From the NCBI GenBank assembly GCA_051294375.1, contig CM119264.1, forward strand, positions 26,910,340 to 26,974,339: a stretch of DNA of 64,000 bases, written 5' to 3'. Shown in pieces: positions 12,185 to 24,800 of the stretch. The notes beneath the pieces are model-generated. The model made no database searches. It saw nothing but the letters and a program-made list of their open reading frames with translations, and was not told the origin of the DNA. The position numbers and the translations under genes are program-made. The DNA comes from Paraspadella gotoi. Taxonomy: Eukaryota > Animalia > Chaetognatha. How positions within the stretch are numbered: the stretch's first letter is position 1; each line of letters opens with the position of its first letter.

Positions 12185-12915
12185 TCAACCAATATCATCC
12201 TCCTTGCCTCCCTTTCTTTTTTTCCTCTTTCCTCCTCAGCCAATTCCACATTCCTTTCCTCCCTTTCCTTTTTTCCTCTTTCCTCCTCAGCCAATTCCCA
12301 ATTCCACCTTCCTTTCCTCCCTTTCCTTTTTTTCTCTTTCCTCCTTAGCCGATTCCATCTTCCTTTCCTCCCTTTCCTTTTTTCCTCTTTCCTCCTCAGC
12401 CAATTCCATCTTCATTGTCTCCCTTTCATTTTTTCATCTTTTCTCCTTAGCCGATTCCACCTTCCTTTCCTCCCTTTCCTCCCTTTCCTTTTTTCCTCTT
12501 TCCTCCTTAGCCGATTCCACCTTCCTTTCCGCCCTTTCCTTTTTTCCTCTTTCCTCCTCAGCCAATTCCATCTTCCTTGTCTCCCTTTCATTTTTTCATC
12601 TTTCCTCCTCAGCCAATTCCATCTTGCTTGCCTCCCTTTCCTTTTTTCCTCTTTCCTCTTTATCCAATTACATCTTGCTTGACTCCTTTTCCTTTTTTCA
12701 TCTTTCCTCCTTAGCTTATTCCATCTTCATTGCCTCCCTTTCCTTTTTCCTCTTTCCTCCTCAACCAATTCCACCTTCCTTGCTTCTCTTTCCTTTTTTC
12801 ATCTTTCCTCCTCAGCCAATTCCATCTTCTTTGCCTCCCTTTCCTTTTTTCCTCTTTTCTCCTCAGCCAATTCCATCTTCCTTGCCCCCCTTTCCTTTTT
12901 TCCTCCTTCCCCGCT
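12185..12915. repeat. Polypyrimidine minisatellite, about 51-bp unit
   Basis: TCCTCCTCAGCCAATTCCATCTT recurs about every 51 nt. Confidence 0.9.
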
Positions 12916-15900
12916 GACCACTTTTTTCGTGGGTTTCGGAGAAGGATGAAGATGAGGAGGAGAGTAACCAAAATAAAAAACCCGCAGTAAGAATCGCGTG
13001 CGACCTTTTTTCGTCGTCTCGTCAAAGAATCCTCTCCCTTACCCCACTCCCTTAATTTTTATCGACCCACCCACACCCCCCACGCTTTTTTTTCGCACTG
13101 CCGTACTCTTTGGTTCAGAGACGCACGGGTCTTGCCTTCGGGGTAATGACCAAACGTAGAATCGAGAAAGACGAAAACAAAACAAGTGAGTAGAGACTCT
13201 GGAGTCTCTGGCCTGTCGGCTCTGAGAAAACTGGGGGATTGTTTACGTCTGAAAAAAAGAAACGGAGCACGTGATTGATGTCACCGTATGAGATCGCGAC
13301 GTCCAAAGATTAGAATAGAGAATAGAGATTCGCTCTCATATCGTACAGGATGGACCCGTTTACTAAATTTCTTCATGACTATGAATATGAACAGGCTATG
13401 CCAATGGCACCTTTTTTAAAAACATTTATTGATTATCGCCTTTCTTTAACGGTTTTTTTATACGATAAGTAATTAAAATTACCCCACTCTATCAATCTAT
13501 TTTGTTTTTTATCAATTCGTCGCGCTGTAAATCCCACTTCAAATGCTTCAATCCCATTAACGAGTTCGTTCCCTCGATTTTTCTCTCTCATCATAATTTG
13601 TTATTTTGTTTATCCCAACTACGACCGCTGCCCGCAAGAGGGTCTCGAATCTAATGGCTTTTGTCGCCGCGATATAGCTTTTGGTTAATTGGTTGGCGAA
13701 AGCGCAGCCAATGTAGTAGTTTGTTTGCCGAATTAAAAAAAAATAGATGTTCGAGTACTGAAGGAAAAGAAAGATAAGGAAAGGAAGTAAATTGAAAGGG
13801 GAGAGAAAAAAAAAGAAAGGAAGAAGAGGAAAGGAAAGGATGCGGGACAAAGAAGACTCGATAAAGGACAATCTTTGTCAATAGACTTTCTCTTTAAATT
13901 CACAATCTTCTGCGCCTGTGGAGTCGAAATTCAAATTTAACCGTTCGTTTTTAATTAGTAGAATGAGATGAAACATAATTTATTCATTTCCTCGTCATTC
14001 TCCGCCCTGTTGAATCCGCCTCAACTTTCAACCGAGATCTTCTCATCCGGAATCGTCATCCGGGGACCGATCGCTTCATCCGGGGACCGATCGCTTCTTT
14101 CTTCCACCATCAGGACCTCGAAAACCCAGCTCCCTAACCGACCCCAGCCGTCGCCCCTCTCTCCAGCCAACTCCAGTTGAAATCGTTTTCCACCACGGCA
14201 ATACATTAAGATTTTTTTTTTCAAATGCCGCAAAAGAATTCAAACTCGCTTGATATGAGTAACGTGTTATTAATTAAATTATTATTTATTAATTTTCTAC
14301 CGATATGCGATACTTTTCGAGCACGGTTCAATTCTTTAGTGGCATTTGAAAAAAATCTTGCTGTATGGAGTTCCCTCCCTTTTCCAATTTCCAGCCGCCG
14401 TGCTCTTTGCCCGCCCTCCTAAAAAAGAACAACAATTATTAGTCATTCATTGCCGCCGCTTAATTGATCATTGTACCCTCCGCTCAATTGATGTACCCCC
14501 GAGTCTCTTCGCCAATGCATCCATTCTGTTCGATAAACTTGATACCTTTTCGGTTTGCCCCGAACAGTCAAGGCTCTTTTCTCACTTGCAAAAGCCCCTT
14601 CAAGGGCCCCTTCAAGGGCCCCTTCAAGGGCCTTCACCAAACCTTCGTTTCTCTTTCCAACTCAAGAAATCGAAACGGCTTTTTAAATTTAATGAAGATC
14701 GCTCTTTCTCGAATTTCCAACGAGAATTTAACGCCCAATTTTCTATTTTCCTCCAGTATTTTTACTTTTTCTCTTTTCTCTTTTCCTCTCTCTTTCTCTT
14801 TCTCTTTTTCGGTCCCATTGAACGCGGAGCGAACGACGAACGACGACGACGACGACGACGACGAGAATGAAGAGACGACGATAAGAAATATCCCAGATCC
14901 CATTGCCTCTATCCATCACTTGGTTGGAGGCGTCGTCGTCGTCGTCTTTTTCTCGTCGTCTTCGTCGTCGTCGGCGTCCTTTTCTCGTCGTCGTCGTCGT
15001 CGTCGTCGTCGGCGAGCGTCCCATCTCAGGCGCGTCCTCGTCCGGCTCGAGAGAACTTATCGAGTGCGTCGCTTTTTTTCCTTCCAAGAGCGTCAATTGA
15101 TACCGTTGCTTTGGTATAAGTTATTAGTTTTCTTTTGGAAGCTACGAAGTTTGTAGTATAGTAAATTATGAGTCCTTAATTGCGTTCTATTGGCGTCTGG
15201 CGCTAATGTTATTCAATTATGATATAGATGCATTTATTGCGACATTTAATTATGATAAAAGTGACATAAGTCTTATTTGAATAAAAAATGGATAAGTTAC
15301 ACCCCACTAATGAGTACGCATATTGTAATAAAATAATGTAGTAGGACGGGTTTTTATGTTTCACACAGGGATCACTCTTATCAATAGCGGTAGAAAAGAT
15401 TGAAAAGTGATAATACAACGAAGAAAAAACAGATAATATTATGTGTACGTACATTGGCTATCTTTCAAATATTATTCTCGCTAGATATACAACTATTTAA
15501 TATAAATATAAATCTGTCTGTTCTTTGAATTATATGTATATTATATGTGAATTTGATCGATGGAATTCATGATTTTCGCAGTACATTTGCATAGTAATAA
15601 ATATACTTATTTTAAAAAAATAGTCTGTTTTTAATATAACTGAACAAATTGCCTATAATTCCTGATATCGCTACTTTTTTCCAATAGATTCCTATCCTTT
15701 TCCCTATATTGGGTCTTAGATTTTTTAACGTTATTGTCTCTTGAATTTGCATAACGGATATATATAAGATGCTATACTATTTAACCTCCTAGTATTTCTC
15801 GTAGCAGACGTTTTAAGCCTTTATTTCCCAGTTTGTAGAAACTATGTTAAACAAATAATTAAAGATACGATAATAGTGACTTATTATATTACGTACATAA

Positions 15901-16660
15901 TTGATTTTACACAGAGAGCGAGCTTTCTCGCATCTTCCATAACCAGACAAGACATATTTAGGTCAGGGAAAATCGACAGGCTCCCCTGCATTTTGAAATC
16001 TCTAGAAATACATACCTCTTCCCAATACTCTGTTCTCTTTCTATTCCTACATATGAGTCCCATCTCTTACGTACCTCTCGCAACATCACCTCATTCCGCG
16101 CGTACTGACCATATTGGTCTACTTTGTTCGTTATTCTATCAAAATTTCGAGTATTCATTTGCCGCTGTGTCCTCTATAAAGAAATAAATCTAATTATAAT
16201 TGCCCGTCTACCGAATTGTACTCACACGATTGGATGAGAATATTATGAACCCGGAAGGCTATCTCTAGACGTCTGCTCCTCGGCTCTCTCCCGTTCTCTC
16301 TCTCCCCTCCTCACGCGCATCTCTCTTCTCTTCTTCGCGCTCTCGTCTCTCTCTCTTTCTCTTTCTCTCAGTCCTTCCCATCTTCTTGCTTCTCCTTGCG
16401 GTCGTTCCTCTCAGTGTCCTTCGCGCCTCTCGTCTTTCTTCCATCTCCTTTCTTCTCTTATCTCTTTACTCTTTTTTTTTCTCTTCTCTTTCTCTCTCTC
16501 CTTTTTTCTCCTTCTGGCATCAATGTCCGAGGCGTCGACCTCGATGTCCAAGGCGTTGCTTTTCGTTTGTCTTGCGGCCTCTCTCTCAATTAAGTCGTCG
16601 CTGATCGCAGACCGCGGTTGTACTATTGGCCAGAGGAGAAGGGAGTTCGATCATGCGAAG

Positions 16661-17299
16661 NNNNNNNNNNNNNNNNNNNNNNNNNNNNNNNNNNNNNNNN
16701 NNNNNNNNNNNNNNNNNNNNNNNNNNNNNNNNNNNNNNNNNNNNNNNNNNNNNNNNNNNNNNNNNNNNNNNNNNNNNNNNNNNNNNNNNNNNNNNNNNNN
16801 NNNNNNNNNAGAGAGAGAGAGATTTTTGTTCTTTCTCGTGCTGCTCAATGGAATCGTCAATACTGCCATTGTTAAAATTTTCTTCATAGAAGCGAATAAA
16901 AAACAAGGTCAATAAAAAAATTTCTGACAAGAATATAAACCGAACAATTTGTAAAGAAAATAAAAGAAGGTTTGTTTTCATCTTGTTGCAGATTCAAAAC
17001 ATATTTTGTTCTTTCGGTTTTATTCTTCCCATATTTCTTTCGCTTAATCCAACTTTGTCTTTCTCGCCCAAATCTCTTTCCTCAATTTTGATTCCCGCTT
17101 CTTATGTCATTCGTCTTGCTCTCGCTCTCTCTCTCTTTTCTCTCTCTCNNNNNNNNNNNNNNNNNNNNNNNNNNNNNNNNNNNNNNNNNNNNNNNNNNNN
17201 NNNNNNNNNNNNNNNNNNNNNNNNNNNNNNNNNNNNNNNNNNNNNNNNNNNNNNNNNNNNNNNNNNNNNNNNNNNNNNNNNNNNNNNNNNNNNNNNNNN

Positions 17300-17331
<32 letters not shown>

Positions 17332-19948
17332 ACTATCTACTTCTCTCTCATTCGCTCTCTATCTCCTAAATGGGTTAACAACGAAACTAATGAAATAAAA
17401 ACATTTTTAGCCGGGAATAAATAAATCCAAACTGACGTATCATCAATGTTACTCTACATATATTCTCTTCGCAAATTAGCATTCCTCTCTTTTTCTTTAC
17501 TGTCTGAATCCTGTTTTATCCTCTCATTTTTTTCTTTTCTTCCATCTCACCATCTCTCAATTCCATCCTCTCATTTTTTACCTTTTCTTCTATCTCACCA
17601 TCTCTCAATTCCATCCTCTATTTTTTTTCTTTTTTTCCATCTCACCATCTCTCAATTCCATCCTCTCATTTGTTCTCTTTTCTTCCATCTCACCATCTCT
17701 CGATTCCATCCTCTCATTTGTTCTCTTTTCCTCCATCTCTCCATCTCTCCATCTCTCAATTCCATCCTCTCATTTGTTCTCTTTTCTTCCATCTCACCAT
17801 CTCTCAATTCCATCCTCTCATTTGTTCTCTTTTCTTCCATCTCACCATCTCTCAATTCCATCCTGCCTTTCTTTCTTTTTCTCTATGCTAATTCGAGTAA
17901 AGTAATCGGATCTAACGTAATGAATTAAATTCAACTCGATCTTGTCTCCATCTCTGCTTCTTAATCTTTTTCTTCTTCCTTTTCTTTCTTTTTTTTTAAT
18001 TTCGTTTCTCGTTCTTCGCTTTCTGTTTTCATCTTCTGTTTTCGATCTTCATGTCATAAACATGAAGATGGACGTGAGAGATCTTATTGTCATGTGATTG
18101 ACATGGTAACGTTGAAATAATCTACGATAGTTAATGATAAGTGATGTGCTGTGTTGATAGTGATGAAAGGGCCGAAATGATTTTTGACTACATGTTGCAA
18201 TTGCTTCCACCACAAACACGATTGATGACAAAATTATCGATTCGACCGACGCCGATTGTGTCGATGCGACCGCCGACTCGGCCGACTCCGCCGACGCCGC
18301 CGACTCCTCCGACGCAACCCCGAGATGTTTTCAACGCCGACCGCGTGATTTTTCGACGTCGCTCGTCCAAAACAAACGACAACAACGACAACGCTGTCCC
18401 GAGAACAGAGAGAGGAAAAAAAAANNNNNNNNNNNNNNNNNNNNNNNNNNNNNNNNNNNNNNNNNNNNNNNNNNNNNNNNNNNNNNNNNNNNNNNNNNNN
18501 NNNNNNNNNNNNNNNNNNNNNNNNNNNNAGTCGGCATGTTGGGTGAAAATATTATTATGAGCTTCCTGGAAAACAGAATCATCTCCGTTGAGTGTTGAGA
18601 GGAAAAAAATAGTGGGGGAAGCTCACAGGGCGTTAATCGTTCCGTTGTGCTTGGTTCCTTGCTTGCTTTTAAAGCTGGCTCGGATTTCAATTACACAACT
18701 TGGCCGTATGTAGCGAAAGTCGAGTTGCTTTTTTGTTTCTCGTTTTGTTTTCCTTTTTTCCCGCGCGATATANNNNNNNNNNNNNNNNNNNNNNNNNNNN
18801 NNNNNNNNNNNNNNNNNNNNNNNNNNNNNNNNNNNNNNNNNNNNNNNNNNNNNNNNNNNNNNNNNNNNNNNNNNNNNNNNNNNNNNNNNNNNNNNNNNNN
18901 NNNNNNNNNNNNNNNNNNNNNNNNNNNNNNNNNNNNNNNNNNNNNNNNNNNNNNNNNNNNNNNNNNNNNNNNNNNNNNNNNNNNNNNNNNNNNNNNNNNN
19001 NNNNNNNNNNNNNNNNNNNNNNNNNNNNNNNNNNNNNNNNTTTTTTGATAAATCGCGTCACAGAGAGATTAACATTATTTGCGCGATTAAAAGATGACGA
19101 CCGAGACGATAATCCGAGCGCGCGACGAAAGCGCATAAGTGTGACGGAACTGCATGCGTGCGACTCACGCGCATGCGCTTGAGCGCAGAGTCTTCGTCGA
19201 GGATCGCGACCAAGTTTTTTTTCTCTTCGTCCCGCGGAGTTCGTTCACCCGACTCTCTTTCTTTTTTTTCTTTTCGCGTTTTTTTTTTTTTTTTTTTAAG
19301 AAAGCGTCCCGTTCGCCGGTTTAGTTTGAGAATTGGAGAACTGAGTCTTTCTATAAATTTTCTTCTAGTTAGTTTCTGTCGTATTGTATCTTCTAGTAGT
19401 AAAATTCCGTTCAGTCAGTCGTTGAATAAGTTTTAAAGTTCGTTTTACAAATTGTTAAGTTCGAAAAGTCTTTCATTGAATTCCTATTTTTTGCAATCAT
19501 AGTCAATTAGGTGGATGGCGTTTTAAAAATAAATTAATATTTTTGCTTGTCCTTTTATTGTCTACCCGATATCGAAACCGTTCTCCCTCCAATAATTCTC
19601 GCACTACGCGATGTTTTTACCGCTAAACGATTTGTTTATGTTTTGTTCCCTCCACCAGAGTCCACCCCTGTTGTCGGTAATGATTTACTCTCTCTTCCGC
19701 GACCATCAATAATTGTTCCTTTTGTTTTGCGCTTTTCAAAAAAAATGTGTTTTTCTCCCTCTTCTCTTTTTCCCGCGAGTAATAATTTCGTCATTTAATA
19801 CAACGCAATATTTTCTCATCAAATTTATTTTTTCTGTTTTTCATTTTCTTCTTCTTTTTCTCTCTGAGTTTCCATCCATGGAATTCCGCGCGTCCCGCAG
19901 TGTAAAGCACCATGATTAGGACGCCAACCTCGGAGGCTCTTGTTTTAC

Positions 19949-20008
<60 letters not shown>

Positions 20009-21522
20009 CTCGTTTCAGCGTCATTACGCCCTTTCAGACACAACAGTGGAGTGAGATAGACGCTAATTTATTATAGAGAAATCTGAAGTGTGCGTGTGAC
20101 TGTTTTCGTATGTGTATATGAACGTGTATGTTACTGTGTTCGACCGTGCCTTTATCGACATGCATTTGTGTCGATAATAGAAAAAGGGAGACTATGCACC
20201 ATTNNNNNNNNNNNNNNNNNNNNNNNNNNNNNNNNNNNNNNNNNNNNNNNNNNNNNNNNNNNNNNNNNNNNNNNNNNNNNNNNNNNNNNNNNNNNNNNNN
20301 NNNNNNNNNNNNNNNNNNNNNNNNNNNNNNNNNNNNNNNNNNNNNNNNNNNNNNNNNNNNNNNNNNNNNNNNNNNNNNNNNNNNNNNNNNNNNNNNNNNN
20401 NNNNNNNNNNNNNNNNNNNNNNNNNNNNNNNNNNNNNNNNNNNNNNNNNNNNNNNNNNNNTTTTTTTTCTGGAGGGTCGACGAAGTTCGACCAGATTTGG
20501 TGTCGTTTCGTCAAACTCTGACGTTTCTTTATTCTCTCGGTGTCATTTCGTATATATTTTGGGTCGTTTTGTTTCGCTTCTTGCAATGTCTACGCATTGT
20601 GTAATCACGTGGCGCCGTTGTCCAAATAGACTCCCTTTCTGTTGGCCTGAATCGTTTGAAAATGACTCGGGTCGAAAGGGCTATTAGTTTTTTTTAACTT
20701 GGATCATTTTTAACTAACAATGACTTTTGGTCGATTATTTAATTGTGATGGACACGTATCGGGACAACTACATGTTAAACAATGACCGGAACCAAAACTA
20801 ATAAAAAAAAAAGAAAAAATAAGTAAACAAAAATATATAACATAACAAAATTGCGAGAAAAAAAATTAGGAATTTACGAAAAATGCAATAAAAACGATAA
20901 TATTAAGAACCCACCTCCCTCTCGTCCTTTGGCTGATTAACAANNNNNNNNNNNNNNNNNNNNNNNNNNNNNNNNNNNNNNNNNNNNNNNNNNNNNNNNN
21001 NNNNNNNNNNNNNNNNNNNNNNNNNNNNNNNNNNNNNNNNNNNNNNNNNNNNNNNNNNNNNNNNNNNNNNNNNNNNNNNNNNNNNNNNNNNNNNNNNNNN
21101 NNNNNNNNNNNNNNNNNNNNNNNNNNNNNNNNNNNNNNNNNNNNNNNNNNNNNNNNNNNNNNNNNNNNNNNNNNNNNNNNNNNNNNNNNNNNTCGGCTTA
21201 CGCGATCGTCTCTCTCTCCCTCTTTGACGAGGCCCTCTATCGGGCGGAATCGTCACCCTGAAATAATCTCATCGACAGAAACGTGGATTTTTTTTTGTCT
21301 TTCGCGCGGCGGNNNNNNNNNNNNNNNNNNNNNNNNNNNNNNNNNNNNNNNNNNNNNNNNNNNNNNNNNNNNNNNNNNNNNNNNNNNNNNNNNNNNNNNN
21401 NNNNNNNNNNNNNNNNNNNNNNNNNNNNNNNNNNNNNNNNNNNNNNNNNNNNNNNNNNNNNNNNNNNNNNNNNNNNNNNNNNNNNNNNNNNNNNNNNNNN
21501 NNNNNNNNNNNNNNNNNNNNNN
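16661..21522. other. Cluster of seven assembly gaps (N-runs); other gaps at 29377, 49719 and 57754
   Basis: N-runs mostly abut microsatellites or homopolymers. Confidence 0.98.
17515..17880. repeat. Polypyrimidine minisatellite, about 48-bp unit
   Basis: CCATCTCTCAATTCCATCCTCTCATTTGTTCTC recurs about every 48 nt. Confidence 0.9.
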
Positions 21523-21732
21523 AGAGAGTTAGAAAAAAGAAATGGACGGAATGCGAATGAAGGAATACGCAATGACCCGTTGGGTGGCGCTGTTAGCTTT
21601 GTCTTTGTCCTTGTTGTCGTTGTCGTCGTTTGTATTCCTCCATTCTAATAGCAACCTTTCTTTCAGCGACCTCTCATTTTACGTCTTATCTAGTAACGTC
21701 TTCTCTATCTTTCAACCTCTTCCCCATAATAT

Positions 21733-21780
<48 letters not shown>

Positions 21781-21829
21781 ATTCTCAGTATTTTCTATTC
21801 ATTGTCTTATCTATCAACGTCCTTTCACC

Positions 21830-24800
21830 AAATTCCCTACAGACTCAGTACAAAGTAAATAGCGAAGGTCGACCAACTGCAATCGCCATCATCAATGGTG
21901 CAGGAAGCAACTTAATTAAAGCGAAGGCTTTGTTGCGTTTAACGGCAGATACAAGTAATCGATACAACAACAACATTCTACACTCAACTGTTATTACTGA
22001 TAAACTGATAGTAAATGTAAATGTAATAATAATAATCCTCAACCTGCCAAACCGCGCTCAAGGATCCCGTCTCCAACGAAGAGACCCGTCCTTCCGTCCC
22101 GCGGGCAAAGAAAAAATTCCGGAACTGAGAAAGAGGGTTACGGAGTTTGAGCCGAACAAAAGCCGGTGAGGTGTCGGATATAATTTTAAAGAGATATATT
22201 CTTTAATTAAATAACTGAAACGCAGCTAAATAGAAGACAAAAACATCAAATTAGATATTAGATCCCCTAGGCTGTCTCCCCTTTATAGATAAATTTCAAG
22301 TAAGCAACATTTACGTTTGAATGGGACGACGAAATCTAATGAGATTCTTAATGATTTTAATAATTGCGAAAAAAGATTTACAATCTTAAAAGCATTAAAA
22401 TTCCTAGATGGACTTCAAAAATAGGTCTTGACGGAACTTTCTCACGAATTTGTGTTATTCCGATGGCAAGCTTCGACGGTACGGAATGACTGCATATATA
22501 AAAAAATCTAACATCGATCGTTTCAGATTGCAATGTATCATAATGCTTGCAAATCCCATGTCGTTCCGCTCCAACATGCAAAACAGTTTTAATTGAAAAT
22601 CAGGAGGACCATGGGGACAGTATTCCAAAATTGAACTAACAGCGTGCCACGATTAGCACTCAGACTGAAGATTTAATTGTTAGAGAGTCAGGCGAAAACA
22701 TTTGACCAGGAAAAAAAAAAAATTTAATGTTTACTGATCTATGACAATATTACGTGGATAAATGATCTGGGTACTATGGTTTCAAATCTTTTGAAAATTT
22801 TAGACTAAAAGAAAATCCGTTCCCTTCTAATATTTCAGTATAGGCCGTCACGTTCCGGTCACCGAAGCCCGGCGGATTCGCAAAGGTCGTGGCATTGAAG
22901 CCGCGACACAGAATATTCAGAACCTATTTCACTTGGGGCCTCCAGCATTGGTTTAAAATTGCCTGAAGCTGATTGGCCAACGAACATATCAATATCTCAG
23001 AATCATTTCTAAAAGTTAAGTGAAAAATCCGAATCACAACCTCACTCAAAAAGCTGGAAAATTATCGTCTCTCAATTTCGTCCACACTCACTACCAGTAC
23101 CTTGTGAAACCTCAAGCATCGCTGCATACTTCAATCCCGAATGACCGACAAAGATGCACAGGTCCGAAAATCCGCTCCTGATTGGCCCTCCGACCCCGCG
23201 ACATTGGAAAAGACATTTCCTCCTGCCTGACCTGCAAGAAGAACTCATTACAGGTTGTGACCTTTATTGGCGCATACACACGAAAACATAATTCATCTCT
23301 GATCCAAATTTAATTTTTACATTTTCACAGCATTTTATTCCCTGTTGAATTAATATATCTGGGAGCAACACAAAGAATACTCCCATCACTTGGATGTTGT
23401 AATTAATTTCGATGATGTCAATGGTGCTTAAAAGACGGAAAAAGTGAAACTTTTCCTTAAAAGGGTAAGAGAATAAGTTATGTTATGAAGCAATTATTCA
23501 ATTCAAAAATTATTTGAAATCGTAAAAGGAATAACCCCCGCTCACTTAAATATAAAATAAAATTACAGCTGAAAACTTAAAATCAGCCAAACTTAATAAT
23601 TAAATCTGTTAATTAAGACATTTTTTCAAAGAAATGACGGAACTTTTTAAACTTGGAGTCTTTTCTCCTGACTCTTCACAATGAAAATTAAGAACAAAAA
23701 TTCTAATATTGTTTCATTAGTCCCCATATTCTGACAATTGGCTGTTTAAGTAACAGGACGAGACTATGAAATAGTAATACTCTTGATTAATGAATCTAAA
23801 TTCCCTCCTATACTTCCTAAAAGGATGAAGTTGTACAATCTTTAATACGTTAATGAACATTATCATTATTTCATGCGGAACTCCTGGGCGCCACCCTTTC
23901 ATTCTTTAAAAAAAAACAATTTTCTCATTTTAGGAGACGATCCTGATGTGGCAATTGTTATCATAATGTTATCTGTCAAAGAATTCAAAGCCCACAATTT
24001 CAAAAGATGGCAAGATTATCCACGTCGCGAATTGAAATCGACTATTTCCATTTCTACACTAGCGCCTGGAGTGGTTTGACCGTACAAAGTAAAACAAGCA
24101 GGTAGAGGCACAATTCAAAAATATAATTTACCTCTTTTACATGTTTAAACGAGGGTATTGCATTGAAATCTTAACCGTGATATGAAGTCAGCCGCTGTAT
24201 CATGCTATCATGCGTTTTAAAAATCATTTCCTGGTTTAAAAAATATGTATCAGATAATGGTACTAACTTCGTTGTGCTGATAGAGAAATAAAACGCGAAT
24301 TTCACCTCATTCAGAATGACGAAAAGTTTGGGGCGAAGAGATCGCGAAGCACCAAATCTCCTGGACCTTTGGCCCTCCTCTGCGTCTGCATTGGGGGGAG
24401 TCTGGGGAACGCCGCCGTAGGAATGACAAAAAAGCATCTCAAAGCAGCTTTACCAAGTGATTAGATATTGATACATTTTCTACTAATCTTGGCTGAAATA
24501 TCAGGCAATTCTTAATCGCCGTCCTCTCACTTATTTCAAGGATATAATGCACCAGAGGTTCTTTCTCCTTTAAACCCTGTTATACCTTATTTACATGCTT
24601 CATCTGCAGTTATATAATTCCTATTCTCCTTCGAAGTACAACCACTACGTGCCTCTTGGGAAATGCGTAAGGAAATCATTGAAAAATTTCTGGCGTCGCT
24701 GGTCGTACCGAAATACGTAACTTCACTGCAGAAGCGATGTAAATGGTTTTCTTCTCAGACTCTTTAATCCGCTGGACGTGTTGTTATTACTTATGGACCC

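Noticed and set aside
11922-12917. 331-aa ORF
   Set aside because: Translation of a stop-free polypyrimidine minisatellite (S/F/L/P repeats).
15200-16260. Possible decayed coding or viral sequence
   Set aside because: No recognisable motif in any frame.
16510-16565. GINVRGVDL resembling a helicase motif V
   Set aside because: Short isolated match next to a gap, with no other helicase motifs.
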